NCBI GenBank assembly: GCA_040437565.1
Contig: JBDOQK010000040.1
Span: forward strand, 186,001-250,000
Length of the DNA: 64,000 nucleotides
From: Albugo candida
Lineage: Eukaryota
Direction of reading: 5' to 3'
Part shown: positions 23,948 to 37,000 of the stretch, piece by piece
Position numbering within the stretch: position 1 is the first letter of the stretch
How the letters are laid out: every line of letters starts with the position of its first letter
Position numbers and translations under genes: made by a program
The notes under the pieces: generated by a model
Seen by the model: the letters and a program-made list of their open reading frames with translations, nothing else
Told to the model about the DNA's origin: nothing
Databases searched by the model: none

Positions 23948-25324
23948 CTACTGCCCAGAGTGGGAATCTTCATTTCCGCTTTGTTGACCATAGTGCTCCT
24001 GAGTATCAGTTGCGTCAATTCGGACAGGGTTCCACCACAAGCTTGTATCCCCGTCAGGGTATGTCGGATTAACATACTGAAACGAAAAGGTACTACCTGC
24101 TTCATTTTGATAGTCGCCTAAGAATCCAGTATCATCCTGGCCGGTAGTCGAATGTTCCTGATGTGCGGCACGTAGCTCAGAGCTCATCTGTGATTCATGA
24201 TCCGCATGTGAGTTTGTTGGGTGTGAAATATGAGAAGACGAACTGCTTCCTATTTGTTTTTCTCGGTAGTATAAGGACGCTGCATACTCACCGCCGCTTT
24301 TCAAATGTAACTGATCTTCCAAACCGGGTTTCTTGTGTATGGTATCTCGTCCAGGTCTCCGCCTTACTCCATGACGCTCATACGGGAAACTCGACGGGTT
24401 TGGAAACTCATGCATAGAACTGACTACTCTTTCATTCTTCCAACCCAATTTTGTTCCGAAATACTGATCATCAACACTTCTCTGAGTTTGCTTTTTCTGG
24501 CTCTTGTCATCCTTACTCTCGTTGACATTCCAAAACAATGGGCTTTCCTCTATGTTTTTTTTGAGTCTATCCAACTCTGTCCCTTTTCCGACATCGATAG
24601 ACTCCCTCCCCTTGTCATTACGATTCCCAATATGGATACTGATTTTTGAGTCCTTCTTATGAAAGTTGTATGCATGCAACTTCATTGCCTCTCTCCCGAA
24701 AACCCATTTATCATCCGAATGAAAGACAATATGTCTATAGTCTATGATTATGGTGAACGACGGCTTTTTTGGCGGTGAAAAAGTAATCGGTATTGATCCC
24801 TCCGCGATGATATTTTGCTTTGTCTGTTGAAGCAAGTTGTCCCAGAATGCTTTAGGTATCATAAGCTTCTCATGACCAATATTGAATACAACAAATGCCT
24901 CGTAGTATTCTCCAAACCATTTGATACAATTCATTTTTACTTGCCAAGCATTAAGTTCTTTAGTGGTTACCTCCATTGTTGTTATAGGTGTGAATTTTTT
25001 TGAGGGGTGCATTGATAATTCAAGATAGTTTCCGTCGAAGTAATATTGGAATGATTCACATTCCTTATTGAATGCTAACGGACCGAGATGTAATTTCAAA
25101 GGGTTAGAAATGCCATATGTACAATAGTACTTGGCTTGCTCTTCTGATTTGTCGACCATAGCGATAAAGTATTCAAATGAATTCGTGAAACGAGAGGGAT
25201 CAAGCGAACATTTCAGCGGTTTCGCAAAGGGGCAATTCGTGTCATTTCCCTCAGATTGTGCGATCAGTATCGCTGCGATGAGATTGAGCGCCAAATTAGA
25301 ACTACCTATGATAGACTTTCTCAT
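23948..25324 (-). CDS. Secreted pepsin-lobe-like family, copy D (~458 aa)
   Basis: ATG at 25324 (MRKSIIGSSNLALNLIAAILIAQSEG), CPFAKPLKC, CESFQYYFDGNYLELSM, WQVKM, VVFNIGHEKLMIP, WVFGREAM. Long S/H/Q/K-rich tail. Confidence 0.85.
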   Translation of the reverse strand: MRKSIIGSSNLALNLIAAILIAQSEGNDTNCPFAKPLKCSLDPSRFTNSFEYFIAMVDKSEEQAKYYCTYGISNPLKLHLGPLAFNKECESFQYYFDGNYLELSMHPSKKFTPITTMEVTTKELNAWQVKMNCIKWFGEYYEAFVVFNIGHEKLMIPKAFWDNLLQQTKQNIIAEGSIPITFSPPKKPSFTIIIDYRHIVFHSDDKWVFGREAMKLHAYNFHKKDSKISIHIGNRNDKGRESIDVGKGTELDRLKKNIEESPLFWNVNESKDDKSQKKQTQRSVDDQYFGTKLGWKNERVVSSMHEFPNPSSFPYERHGVRRRPGRDTIHKKPGLEDQLHLKSGGEYAASLYYREKQIGSSSSSHISHPTNSHADHESQMSSELRAAHQEHSTTGQDDTGFLGDYQNEAGSTFSFQYVNPTYPDGDTSLWWNPVRIDATDTQEHYGQQSGNEDSHSGQ

Positions 25325-25849
25325 GATCGATGTCAATATTATTACTGAGAAGATTCACGAATGAGAGAAACTAGAAGACCACAAAACGATTGCGTCTGGA
25401 CTCTCTTCAATATATTCGGAATAAATGGAACATTCTGCATCAGACGAGCCAACGAGTAATTCAAGTGAAAATGAAGGACGATGTGATAGTGAACCCAGAC
25501 TGGATATCGGAGTGTTGTACGTGAGATGAGATATGAATTATCTCAGCCGAATAGTGCTCGATTCGAAACGCAAAACACATTGTACACAGTTCGACATTCG
25601 AAGCGAGAAGGATACTGACAAAGGTGGCCAACTAATTCGAAGCCCCAATGCATTGCCATGTGAAGTATCTCGCAAGCTCCTCCAACCAACAGAATCTTAC
25701 TGTACTATTTAAAAGTAGAAAGTGAGAGACAATTTTACTATTTATCAAANNNNNNNNNNNNNNNNNNNNNNNNNNNNNNNNNNNNNNNNNNNNNNNNNNN
25801 NNNNNNNNNNNNNNNNNNNNNNNNNNNNNNNNNNNNNNNNNNNNNNNNN

Positions 25850-26932
25850 TGTATGCATGCAACTTCATTGCCTCTCTCCCGAAAACCCATTTATCATCCG
25901 AATGAAAGACAATATGTCTATAGTCTATGATTATGGTGAACGACGGCTTTTTTGGCGGTGAAAAAGTAATCGGTATTGATCCCTCCGCGATGATATTTTG
26001 CTTTGTCTGTTGAAGCAAGTTGTCCCAGAATGCTTTAGGTATCATAAGCTTCTCATGACCAATATTGAATACAACAAATGCCTCGTAGTATTCTCCAAAC
26101 CATTTGATACAATTCATTTTTACTTGCCAAGCATTAAGTTCTTTAGTGGTTACCTCCATTGTTGTTATAGGTGTGAATTTTTTTGAGGGGTGCATTGATA
26201 ATTCAAGATAGTTTCCGTCGAAGTAATATTGGAATGATTCACATTCCTTATTGAATGCTAACGGACCGAGATGTAATTTCAAAGGGTTAGAAATGCCATA
26301 TGTACAATAGTACTTGGCTTGCTCTTCTGATTTGTCGACCATAGCGATAAAGTATTCAAATGAATTCGTGAAACGAGAGGGATCAAGCGAACATTTCAGC
26401 GGTTTCGCAAAGGGGCAATTCGTGTCATTTCCCTCAGATTGTGCGATCAGTATCGCTGCGATGAGATTGAGCGCCAAATTAGAACTACCTATGATAGACT
26501 TTCTCATGATCGATGTCAATATTATTACTGAGAAGATTCACGAATGAGAGAAACTAGAAGACCACAAAACGATTGCGTCTGGACTCTCTTCAATATATTC
26601 GGAATAAATGGAACATTCTGCATCAGACGAGCCAACGAGTAATTCAAGTGAAAATGAAGGACGATGTGATAGTGAACCCAGACTGGATATCGGAGTGTTG
26701 TACGTGAGATGAGATATGAATTATCTCAGCCGAATAGTGCTCGATTCGAAACGCAAAACACATTGTACACAGTTCGACATTCGAAGCGAGAAGGATACTG
26801 ACAAAGGTGGCCAACTAATTCGAAGCCCCAATGCATTGCCATGTGAAGTATCTCGCAAGCTCCTCCAACCAACAGAATCTTACTGTACTATTTAAAAGTA
26901 GAAAGTGAGAGACAATTTTACTATTTATCAAA
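25850..26932 (-). repeat. Apparently identical 1083-bp copy of 24667-25749 across a 100-N gap (5' part of copy D); probable assembly overlap
   Basis: Offset 1183 bp, identical ORF translations, boundaries coincide with the gap. Confidence 0.8.
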
Positions 26933-26954
26933 TTGTTTGATAGTACGACATGGG

Positions 26955-27130
26955 AAAATCCGGATTGGGTTAAGTCTGGGACATTTCTTTATGGAATGCT
27001 TCTTTCCGTGGCACTTTGCGAGTGTTATGCATTATACAATGTACATGTCGCGTTCTGATCCAGCGCCAACAGCTCAAAACTAGCCTTCTTCGCGATCAAT
27101 TAAGTAACAATACCGCTAATGCTTCCTTCA
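26955..27130 (-). pseudogene. 3'-end remnant of the NT-C2/coiled-coil gene upstream of copy D
   Basis: Reverse complement matches 2712-2885 (GAAGGAAGCATTA.CGGTATTGTT...TTGATCGCGAAG..., CTCGCAAAGTGCCACGGAAA). Confidence 0.7.
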
Positions 27131-30100
27131 ATTGCGGTATAGTTGAAGGTGTTCGTTTCCTTGCGTTGTACTCTCGTGAAACAGTATCGGTCATATTCGC
27201 CACGATATGCATGTGATTCTCGACGTCGGAATCAAGTGATGAGACAATCGTCTAGCGGATACGCTGCAGCGGCTGAGTGACAAAGCATGCTTCGATTACT
27301 CAGTCAGTAATATATGTGCCACCACTACAAACTGTCATAGTGCATCAAGATAGCTAGAGTATGAAACTTGTTTGCTATTGTAATCTTGGCTGTTCATATC
27401 AAGCTGATTTTAATTGATTACACTGTTCAATGTTGAGCTTAGTTAATGTTGTTTTATATCGAGGTGCATTCTCTACACGCCAAAATTCCACCGAGAGGAC
27501 AAAAATGGTGATGCGAAGGAAATGAGACTGCTGCGTTCGTGCGCTTTCCTCTTCGAGATTCATGCGAAGGGAGCAGCGATAAAGGATTTGCAACTCTTAC
27601 GCTTTTGATTTTTCTTTTTACACCTACAGCGAATAGCATAGCAGTCTTGCTTCATTTGCTTTTTAGATCGAGAGAGTACAGCTCTCCCTTCACCCTTTTT
27701 ATCCCGGAATGGGATAGTTCTCGTGCATAGCTACGAGTGAAATTATCAAAAGTAGACCAGCTTTCCAGCTCGCTTTTATGTTCGTTAGCTGAATGACCTC
27801 AAAAGATTGACTTATGCTATAAAAGGAATTGGATACATTCAAAGTTACAAGAAGTCTAATTGATGAAGAGTATTGGCAATGCATGTTGGAGGCGTGCAAT
27901 AAATTCTACATGGTACGTGATGGTCGTTGATCCAATCGGCAGATCGCAGTCTGATCTTAGTAAAGCTTTTGCACTTTTCGAATTCAAGATACTTGCGTTA
28001 CTTGGCATATCGCTAATCAAAATTACTGTTCCAACATTGTAAGCACATCGTCGATATTGGCTCATTTTTGGCATCAACAGCGGATAGATACCCACACATA
28101 TTCATGCAAGATGTCACAATCATATTTGATTTGCATCAGCACGTTTGGAAAGCATACAAAAAACAAGCAGTAGGAAGGACACCTACTCAGAATATGACTC
28201 CTGAAGCTGAAAGATGAATCGGAGCCCGTGCTATCGGCAGTCAAGTACGTAGAGAATACGCATGAGCTATTTGGCTCGATCGGAACCTTAAGAAGAAAGA
28301 GGTCGTAGTCTCAAATTGGACCAAGTAGTTTCTTTATTTAAAATCACTCGGCGGTCTCAGATTTGGGATAAAGTTTGTTGTTTTGCAAATCGAACCAGAT
28401 TTCATTTAACTCTTTCTGAGTGAGGAGGCAACACAATTTCTCACTGAAGACTCTCCTTTCTACCCGATTTCTTTTTCTTCCTATTCCTATGCCGCCTGCA
28501 ATCACCTATACGACTCCCATACATACAGTATCGAAGCCATCGACCACTTTACTAAAGGTCTCAAAGACCGAGGCTTTGATTCATATCGACTTTGCAAACT
28601 CATTCGGTAACAACTTGAAACTTATTGCAGCAAATAACGAGGGGTACATCGATAATAGCTCTCAGAGAATTTCACGAGAATTTGGATGCGAACCTACTCA
28701 GCACGCAATTCTCAGCTTTGTCAATACTCATCTCAAATTCATAAAAGCTTCCGCCTTCAACACTATGATTGTTTGAAAAGAAAAGCTTTTCACTTGGTTC
28801 AAGAAACGTGACGTTGAATAAAACCTGCAAGTCTATGGAATCGAAGATATCTGAGATAATCAAAGATGAATACTTTCTCATGCTATCAGTCCAGTTAATC
28901 GCTCCTCTACAGCATTGTACTCTTTTTCTTTCCTTTCTACCTCAAATTACTATGACAATCGACACTGTGTGATGTAACGACCCCAGCCCAATTCACCTTT
29001 TCCGATCATCCAGAAATTATCAATTCATCTCACCAATTACCAGCTTCTCCAATTGGTGAGCCGTTGTGAATTCTCACGTGCGATTCTGCAAGTCATCCGT
29101 ACACACGCGCAACTTTCGTACCACATCCACACATCCAGAACTTCCCGAGTTTCATGCAATGTATCGATGTACTTTAGTCAATTTCCANNNNNNNNNNNNN
29201 NNNNNNNNNNNNNNNNNNNNNNNNNNNNNNNNNNNNNNNNNNNNNNNNNNNNNNNNNNNNNNNNNNNNNNNNNNNNNNNNNNNNNNNTTCATGCAATGTA
29301 TCGATGTACTTTAGTCAATTTCCAGCACACAATACCCACCATCGCAAGTCCTATCCAAGGCATTAAAAACTTTCTCTTGGATCGCTACGTAGCATAACCG
29401 ATGCACCAACCTCTCCCGAATAGCGCACGTCTCAACTTGGTGGCCGACGCTCCATGCCCGGTCCTAAAGTCCAACTCGATCTCGAGCTTTGTTAAAGTCG
29501 TTGATGCGCGCTCCCTCACTTGATAGAAAGAATCTCGACCGATGGAACCTTTTGCACACACTTTTGGAGGCTTACGATTACGATGGATGAAGACAATGTG
29601 ATTTCTCATCAGACTTTCTATGTCGATTGGACGTCCATTGACCGAGAATTTCACATTACTACTTTGAAGGCTCGTGTTCGATTTAGACAAAGTCTTACTC
29701 GACTGAAGCCTCCCTGGATTCTCAGAGCTCCAGTATCAGTATAAGCAAAGATGCAAGAATGATGACCTGAGACCGCGCGGAGGTTGCAGTCTATTCATTG
29801 GGATGATGTGTGAGCGGAATTTTACGATACAGACGTGGTGAGGCTGATCGTGATATCGAGTGATGGCTGTCAGGTATCAATGATAATTCTCGGCTGCATT
29901 TGATGCCACGATCTGTGGCAACCATAGAATCGTCCTGTAGAATAGTCACAAGAATACTTGTTGGTCATCAGATGTTGGAGTAAACGTGACTTACTCACTT
30001 GAAACCGTGCCTTGATGCGTCGCTTGTAGATGGTTTATCGGATGCATGAGCATCAAACGTTCAATGTAGTAGTGTGCCCGTGTTGGAAGTCGGAGCGTGA

Positions 30101-30313
30101 GTCATCTAATGACTCCTCCTTAGGTTTCCTGTGCTGTGAAAAGTCCATCAATAAGGTATTGTATATTTGTAGGAATGCGCGTACACACGGGAGATGGTTG
30201 AAGTTTTATCAAATGAGCGCATTGATATCGTATTAAAAGTTGTTTAGGGGGAAACTCCTAACTCAGGGAATTCGTATAATATCACCTGAGTCAATGTATC
30301 TGGGAATGACCAT

Positions 30314-31333
30314 TTATTGGCTGTCCTTTTCACGGAGAAAGCTCCAGTAATCCGATTCTGAATTCCTAGCGGCACTATCTAGTAGCCAACTCCCAGGGCC
30401 ATAGCGATGATGAGTATCAGATATGTCACTTTGGGTCCGGGCAGCGTTCAACCGTAGTCCAGGATCTCGCTGATGTTCATTTGAGGAATCTTCCTGTCTG
30501 AATGAACCACTTACCAAATCAACCGTACTCGTATCAGCCATCCGATCTGACTTTGCATCTCTGAGTCGTTCAACTCTATCAGACATTTTCCCTTTTCCGT
30601 CTTCGAGAGCTTTCTTCTGACCTTTATCCCGATGCCCAACATCGATTTGGAATGTTGACGCATCATATTTATAAAAGCTGTATTGATGCTGCTTCATTGC
30701 CTCTCTCCCGAAAATCCAGTAATTCTTATCATGGAAGCGGATGAGTTTATACTTTATCTCTACACGAAACGGGGACCCGTCCGGCGGCATAAGTGTGATC
30801 GTTGCACATGCATTCGAAACGATCTTTTCGTTTTTTTTTTTCTGTAAGCGCGTTTCGAACGAGTTTGGGACTATGAGCTTCTCATAACCAACATCGAATA
30901 TAATTCGTACATCTTCCCTTCTTCCCATCCAATCTATCGTCATTTTCACTTCCCAGCTATCAGAAGGTACGACTATAAACCCGATCGTTGTGATAGGAAT
31001 GAATTTTTTATTTGCAGTGTCCATTGATAATTCGAATTTGTCTCCGTTGAAATGATAAAGGAATCTTTCACATCTTCCACTGAATGCTGCCGGATTGAGT
31101 TTCAATTTATGAGGAAGAGAACCGGCGTCTTTACAACTGTACGTGACTTGTTGTTGCGGCTTAGCGACCATAGCGACAAGGTTACTGAAGAATCGCATGG
31201 AGAAAAAGGGATTAAGTGAACATTTGTATGCTTCCTCAAAGGGGCATTTCCCCGTTCCCTCAGATTGTGCTATCAATATCGCGGCGATGAGATGGAGCAG
31301 CAGATGGAATTTACACATGGTAGACTTTCCCAT
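30314..31333 (-). CDS. Secreted pepsin-lobe-like family, copy E (339 aa)
   Basis: MGKSTMCKFHLLLHLIAAILIAQSEG, CPFEEAYKC, CERFLYHFNGDKFELSMD, WEVKM, IIFDVGYEKLIVP, YWIFGREAMKQHQYSF. Confidence 0.88.
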   Translation of the reverse strand: MGKSTMCKFHLLLHLIAAILIAQSEGTGKCPFEEAYKCSLNPFFSMRFFSNLVAMVAKPQQQVTYSCKDAGSLPHKLKLNPAAFSGRCERFLYHFNGDKFELSMDTANKKFIPITTIGFIVVPSDSWEVKMTIDWMGRREDVRIIFDVGYEKLIVPNSFETRLQKKKNEKIVSNACATITLMPPDGSPFRVEIKYKLIRFHDKNYWIFGREAMKQHQYSFYKYDASTFQIDVGHRDKGQKKALEDGKGKMSDRVERLRDAKSDRMADTSTVDLVSGSFRQEDSSNEHQRDPGLRLNAARTQSDISDTHHRYGPGSWLLDSAARNSESDYWSFLREKDSQ

Positions 31334-31759
31334 GGTCGACGTCGATGTTGTTTGAAAGAAGATCCAAAAATGAGAGAAATAAGAAGAGCACCAAACGATT
31401 GCTTCCAGATTTCTTGAACATATTCGGAATCCATAGAAGATTCTATATCAGACGAGTCAACGAGTAATTAGGTAGAAATAGCGAATATGACGTGGAATCC
31501 AGGGTTAGATGTCACAGTGTTGTGCGCTACAATGTTATAAGTAATCAACTCGGCTGAATATTGCTCGATAGGAACAGAAGCTATATTGTTTACAAACACA
31601 GCTCAACATTCGAAATACGTGGAAGGTTTACTGCATTTGGTCAACTGATTCGAAGAAATATTTGTTGCCATTTGAATAATTCAAATGTCGCTCTTACGAT
31701 TAAACGAGAAATTTTATTGCATTACTTAAACTCGCGAGCTCACAAAAGGGACAGATAAG

Positions 31760-34025
31760 TTTTCTACCGATCAGATGGTTTCATAGAATGTTTGTTTCCG
31801 TGACACTTTGCGAGCGTTTTGGATGATGCAATGCACGTGTAGCGTTCTGCTCCAACGAAACCAATTGCTCAAAATTGTCTTTCTCCGCGATCGATTGGTC
31901 AACGACACCGTTTAATGCTTCCTTCTCAGACGTCTGTGTTGGATCGTCAGTTCATCGATACGTATCGCTTGCGCTTGATTTCTTTCCTGTAATATTCCCA
32001 ATTGCACCTGAAAATCACAAAGTTGTTCTTCCATTCGACCCAATTGTATCTGTTTGCTTTCGGCATTGCAGTGAATGTACTCAATAGAAGACGAGAGAAC
32101 CCGATCTCGCTGATCATATAATTGGCCCTAGAGAGCGAGTATTTTTGCTTCGAATGCATTTTTCTCCGATACGAATTGATCGTATTTGCATGTTACAACT
32201 CCAATTGATTGCTTCGGAATCGAAATTCCATTACTTCTTGCCGCGACATGTTGAGCTGTTTACTGACATCTGATAATTATACTTGCACTGCGTTGATCGC
32301 TTCCGTGTCGACTTTGCAGAGCTTCGTCTTGAAGCCTCAAAGCTGATTCAGTATCGGTCCGAGTATCCTGTTGCTGTCCCAAAGCCTCCAGCGCTCGTTG
32401 TAGATGCATTGGAATCACTTCCTTCTCAGCAACGATTGCTTGATACCTGACTTGCATCTCCTCAACAACTTCTTTTCGAACGTGCTCCATTAGCTGATAT
32501 TTCTTCCTCTCCTCCATGTCGTTGCCTNNNNNNNNNNNNNNNNNNNNNNNNNNNNNNNNNNNNNNNNNNNNNNNNNNNNNNNNNNNNNNNNNNNNNNNNN
32601 NNNNNNNNNNNNNNNNNNNNNNNNNNNGCCGCGACATGTTGAGCTGTTTACTGACATCTGATAATTATACTTGCACTGCGTTGATCGCTTCCGCATGTCG
32701 ACTTTGCAGAGCTTCGTCTTGAAGCCTCAAAGCTGATTCAGTATCGGTCCGAGTATCCTGTTGCTGTCCCAAAGCCTCCAGCGCTCGTTGTAGATGCATT
32801 GGAATCACTTCCTTCTCAGCAACGATTGCTTGATACCTGACTTGCATCTCCTCAACAACTTCTTTTCGAACGTGCTCCATTAGCTGATATTTCTTCCTCT
32901 CCTCCATGTCGTTGCCTGCTACGACTATCCTTTACAAAGTTTTTTTCCCTCGTTCTGTATCTTCTATTGTGACTGTGAACGCTCTCATTCATTTTTTGTG
33001 AGCTCCGTGAATGCAGCTCCTTCACTTCTTGCTTTTGATTGCGCTTTGATATTGTCAATTCGAGAGGCGGATGATACGCCACAAGCATTCAATTGGCGAT
33101 CCAACGAGACTATTGTGCCTCTCGATCATTGAGAGTTGCCTGTAAACGCTCCATGAATTTGAACTGCTCAAGTTCATTCAAATTGGCTTCACTTGGAGTC
33201 TCGCAATCTCAACCTGGGCGACTTATTCCATCCCGTGGATTCACATTATTCTCTTCATGATCGATCGCTCAAGCAGACGCGTGCGTAATTGCTCATTTGC
33301 AAACTCAATACCGTCGATTAATGCTTTTGTTGCATCAATTGAGCTTCCAACATCACTTTAGCCTTCCGACATCTTCATATCGTGCTGATTTCAGCGTGGC
33401 GATACGATAGCGTCCAGGGAGGGTGTCCAAGTACGCCGCGTACGCTTGATTCTCAGCTCGGACTTTTCAACCTCAGCTTCTAATGCGCTGACACGAGTCG
33501 ATTCATTATCTCGATATTCCTTCGTTTCGCTTCTTTGCTAGATTTTTGGGGATCGTTTACTTTTGCGCATTATTCCATATTGTCCTTCTTGAACGCAGTC
33601 ATCTGCTGTGAGATCGAGTTCACCGCACTGCACACATCGTCCCCTTTGTCTGCTATAGACGATAAGACCTCTATTTTCTCCATAAGATGCAACGCCGAGG
33701 AGTAATTCCTTCAATCGAACTTCATCTATGACTCTCTCCGCCATACGACCCGAGCGACCGCATGAATGACTTGAAGCTGCAACGAGACAACGTCATTCTC
33801 TTTCGGATGTAGTGCCACTGCATTGCCAGTGACATTAATACTGGATTCTACGTGCATTTAAGCATGAGGTGACGTCTGAAGGTGGATACTCTCGTATCGA
33901 ACGGGAACGGCAGTATGATCATCCTTCCAATGTTCGATTGCGATGTGATTTCTTTGCTATTTTGACGGAAGAGAACGAGTAATTCGCTGTGGTTGGGACT
34001 GATATCACATTTTACAGTCGCATGT
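31760..34025 (-). pseudogene. Pseudogene copy of the NT-C2/coiled-coil gene (deletions, frameshifts)
   Basis: Fragments DISPNHSELLVLFRQNSKEITSQS, ERVIDEVRLKELL, MEHVRKEVVEEMQVRY..LQRALEALGQQQDTRTDTE match the protein at 1-2892. Confidence 0.9.
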
Positions 34026-37000
34026 ACCAAAATTGCTTTCTACCTCGCATCCATTGTGCTCACTTATGATAGCCAAAGTAATGATTAGCGATGGCGCATG
34101 CGAACCATTGCTTGATGTGGCTAACAATGTAAATAATCAAAGTCAAAGAGTTCCTTCAACTTATGATACGGTCGCATTAAATCGAATGTATTGGATATAA
34201 CTTGACACTGACTGCGCGCGGATGACTTTTGCCATGTACACGAAGTAATTGAGGCTTGTACTCTTGCGTGGCAGCATATTCTCGCATTTTCTATTGAAAA
34301 GTGTAGATAAGATATCAGCGACTATGCTAGTAAGTCCCTTTTGTGTGACTAAATGTATGTGGACTATCTCTGTGGATACTACGATTATTAGTGCAAAATG
34401 CGTCCAGGTATTGATGTCAAGTTGACAAACAGTGAAATCGAATAGTCCATCTCTCAAGCTGTTCTGATAATCTGCAATCCTTTTGAATAAATTTCTAGCG
34501 CAATTGATTTCAGGCGCTCCCCTTGCAATATTTATAAGTGAGGTCACGCTACACATCCGCCGTACACTCTGTGAATTTTTCATTACACCATCACATCTCT
34601 CTAGTTTTCACCAGCATGATTTGGCATCCGCACATCTGACTAATCATCCTGTGTCCGTTGCTGGATGTGATTCGCTGCTTGATCAATGCTGCTACATTCT
34701 ATTTCTTTTAAACGTACGCGATCCGCTTGATCCAGTCTTCCCGCCTATTTTTCATTTGTTCTCATCAATCAGAGTTTTTTCTTGAATTAATCCTGCATGA
34801 GTTTGATACTCTATTTGTTGCTCTCTACACTTGAATCATTTGCGAGAATATATATCAAATCTTCAGACATTTTATAACATCGCAGCTTTGTTGCTGAGGG
34901 TGCTCGTTGTATCTTCTTTCATGATTGAACGACTCCCTTTTCTGCAGATGCATCATTTTCATGCTCATCCAAATTAGCTTTCAGCCTTGTTTTTTCCTTT
35001 TACGAATTATTTGGATTTTTCAACTGAGTCCCATAAATGTCCCACGTTGTTTCCCTTGGAAGTACCGATAACTCAACTGTAATAGAGCAATGTCGATAGA
35101 TTAAGAAGTAAGAGTACATCATGATACGATAATTAGGATGATTTCGAATCGGTGAGAAGGCAAAGCTTTGATATGTCAGACTTGAAAGATCTAACATACG
35201 ACTGTACATATGAAAAAAAAATAAAAGCTGCCCTGCAATAATCTGATAGCTTTATCAACTCACTCAATCGTCGCGTGTGTGACAATGCCTCGTTCATCTT
35301 GAAGCATTCCAGAATTATACTACTCTGGTTGTACGAGGTAAAATTACTATGAACGTGTTCGTACTCCTCAAGAGCATCATTATTGTACATGAAATATGGC
35401 TAGAAACTAGCAAGCCTCTTAACGAAAGTTAAAGCGATTTTGTAGAAGGTGATAAGCACTAGATATATCAGCTGCATTAGGAAGTTGAGTCAGCATGAAT
35501 CATCAAGAAGGAAGATCGATGGTGTGAAGCCCAAAGAATCATTAAATGTATTCCGACTAGGTTCTTTCCAAGTTTAATGGATACACAAACTGCACGTAGT
35601 GGGGTGCGGATTGATGCAGGAAAATTGGATAGGCCGGTGACTACCTAATAAGTAAGATCATCAAGTCTGATGCCCCGTAGTTATTAGAATGAGCCAAACC
35701 AGTGGCTGTGCACGTTTGATATTGTTCAACCTAACGCTCATTAACGGTTTGCATCAGCCAACGCGATTGAACGTGTTATNNNNNNNNNNNNNNNNNNNNN
35801 NNNNNNNNNNNNNNNNNNNNNNNNNNNNNNNNNNNNNNNNNNNNNNNNNNNNNNNNNNNNNNNNNNNNNNNNNNNNNNNGCTTTATCAACTCACTCAATC
35901 GTCGCGTGTGTGACAATGCCTCGTTCATCTTGAAGCATTCCAGAATTATACTACTCTGGTTGTACGAGGTAAAATTACTATGAACGTGTTCGTACTCCTC
36001 AAGAGCATCATTATTGTACATGAAATATGGCTAGAAACTAGCAAGCCTCTTAACGAAAGTTAAAGCGATTTTGTAGAAGGTGATAAGCACTAGATATATC
36101 AGCTGCATTAGGAAGTTGAGTCAGCATGAATCATCAAGAAGGAAGATCGATGGTGTGAAGCCCAAAGAATCATTAAATGTATTCCGACTAGGTTCTTTCC
36201 AAGTTTAATGGATACACAAACTGCACGTAGTGGGGTGCGGATTGATGCAGGAAAATTGGATAGGCCGGTGACTACCTAATAAGTAAGATCATCAAGTCTG
36301 ATGCCCCGTAGTTATTAGAATGAGCCAAACCAGTGGCTGTGCACGTTTGATATTGTTCAACCTAACGCTCATTAACGGTTTGCATCAGCCAACGCGATTG
36401 AACGTGTTATTGGCAGCAGTCCCTGATTCTTTCCGTCTCTTTTTATAAAATGTTTTATCATTCTCGTAACGATAGCCATTTTTGGAAACTTTTTCACCTC
36501 AAAAAAAAACTCCTTTCGGCATGGCCAGAGGTACCAGAGGTACCAGAGGTACCAGTATAATCATAGCATTGAAGTAAGTACAAATATGTTGATTGTATAT
36601 CGAGTGGGTCAACAGTCCATATCTTCTTAGGCTCCCATAGCAAGAAAAGACCCAGATGCGGGGACAGATGGAATGAAAGCATTGAAATACACGTTTTCTT
36701 TAAAGGATCGAGGTTTACTATAATCCTTACTCAGCAATATTTTGTTTCTAAAAAACGGTTCCTACCAAGTATGACCGTTTCTGCTGCTGCGTCGCTCGTA
36801 TTGGACTCAAGCTTTCTCTTACGCCTGACTATTTCTTACTCTGGTGAAGTGGTTCCTGGTTAGTGCTGATCCATTAGGTAAGAAATATTCATCTGGTGCG
36901 GTCTTGTAGATAATTGAAATGGCGTACAAAGCTGTTGTATTGCGGAGACGACGACTACAAGCTCTGTCAAGACGTAGGTACTTAAGAGAATGGTTGGTAT

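Noticed and set aside
25632-26519. Apparent eighth family member, a tandem copy of D
   Set aside because: Appears identical to 24667-25749 and abuts a 100-N gap, so most likely unmerged contig overlap.
3336-31333. Calling the family active aspartic proteases, or RXLR/CRN/CHxC/CCG effectors
   Set aside because: No intact D[T/S]G pair and only one lobe; none of the diagnostic N-terminal effector motifs follows the signal peptide.
32238-32917. Direct repeat within the C2 pseudogene
   Set aside because: Near-identical copies on either side of gap 32528-32627; likely assembly or haplotype artefact.
36526-36556. 9-bp repeat (CAGAGGTAC)x3
   Set aside because: Too short, with no supporting context.
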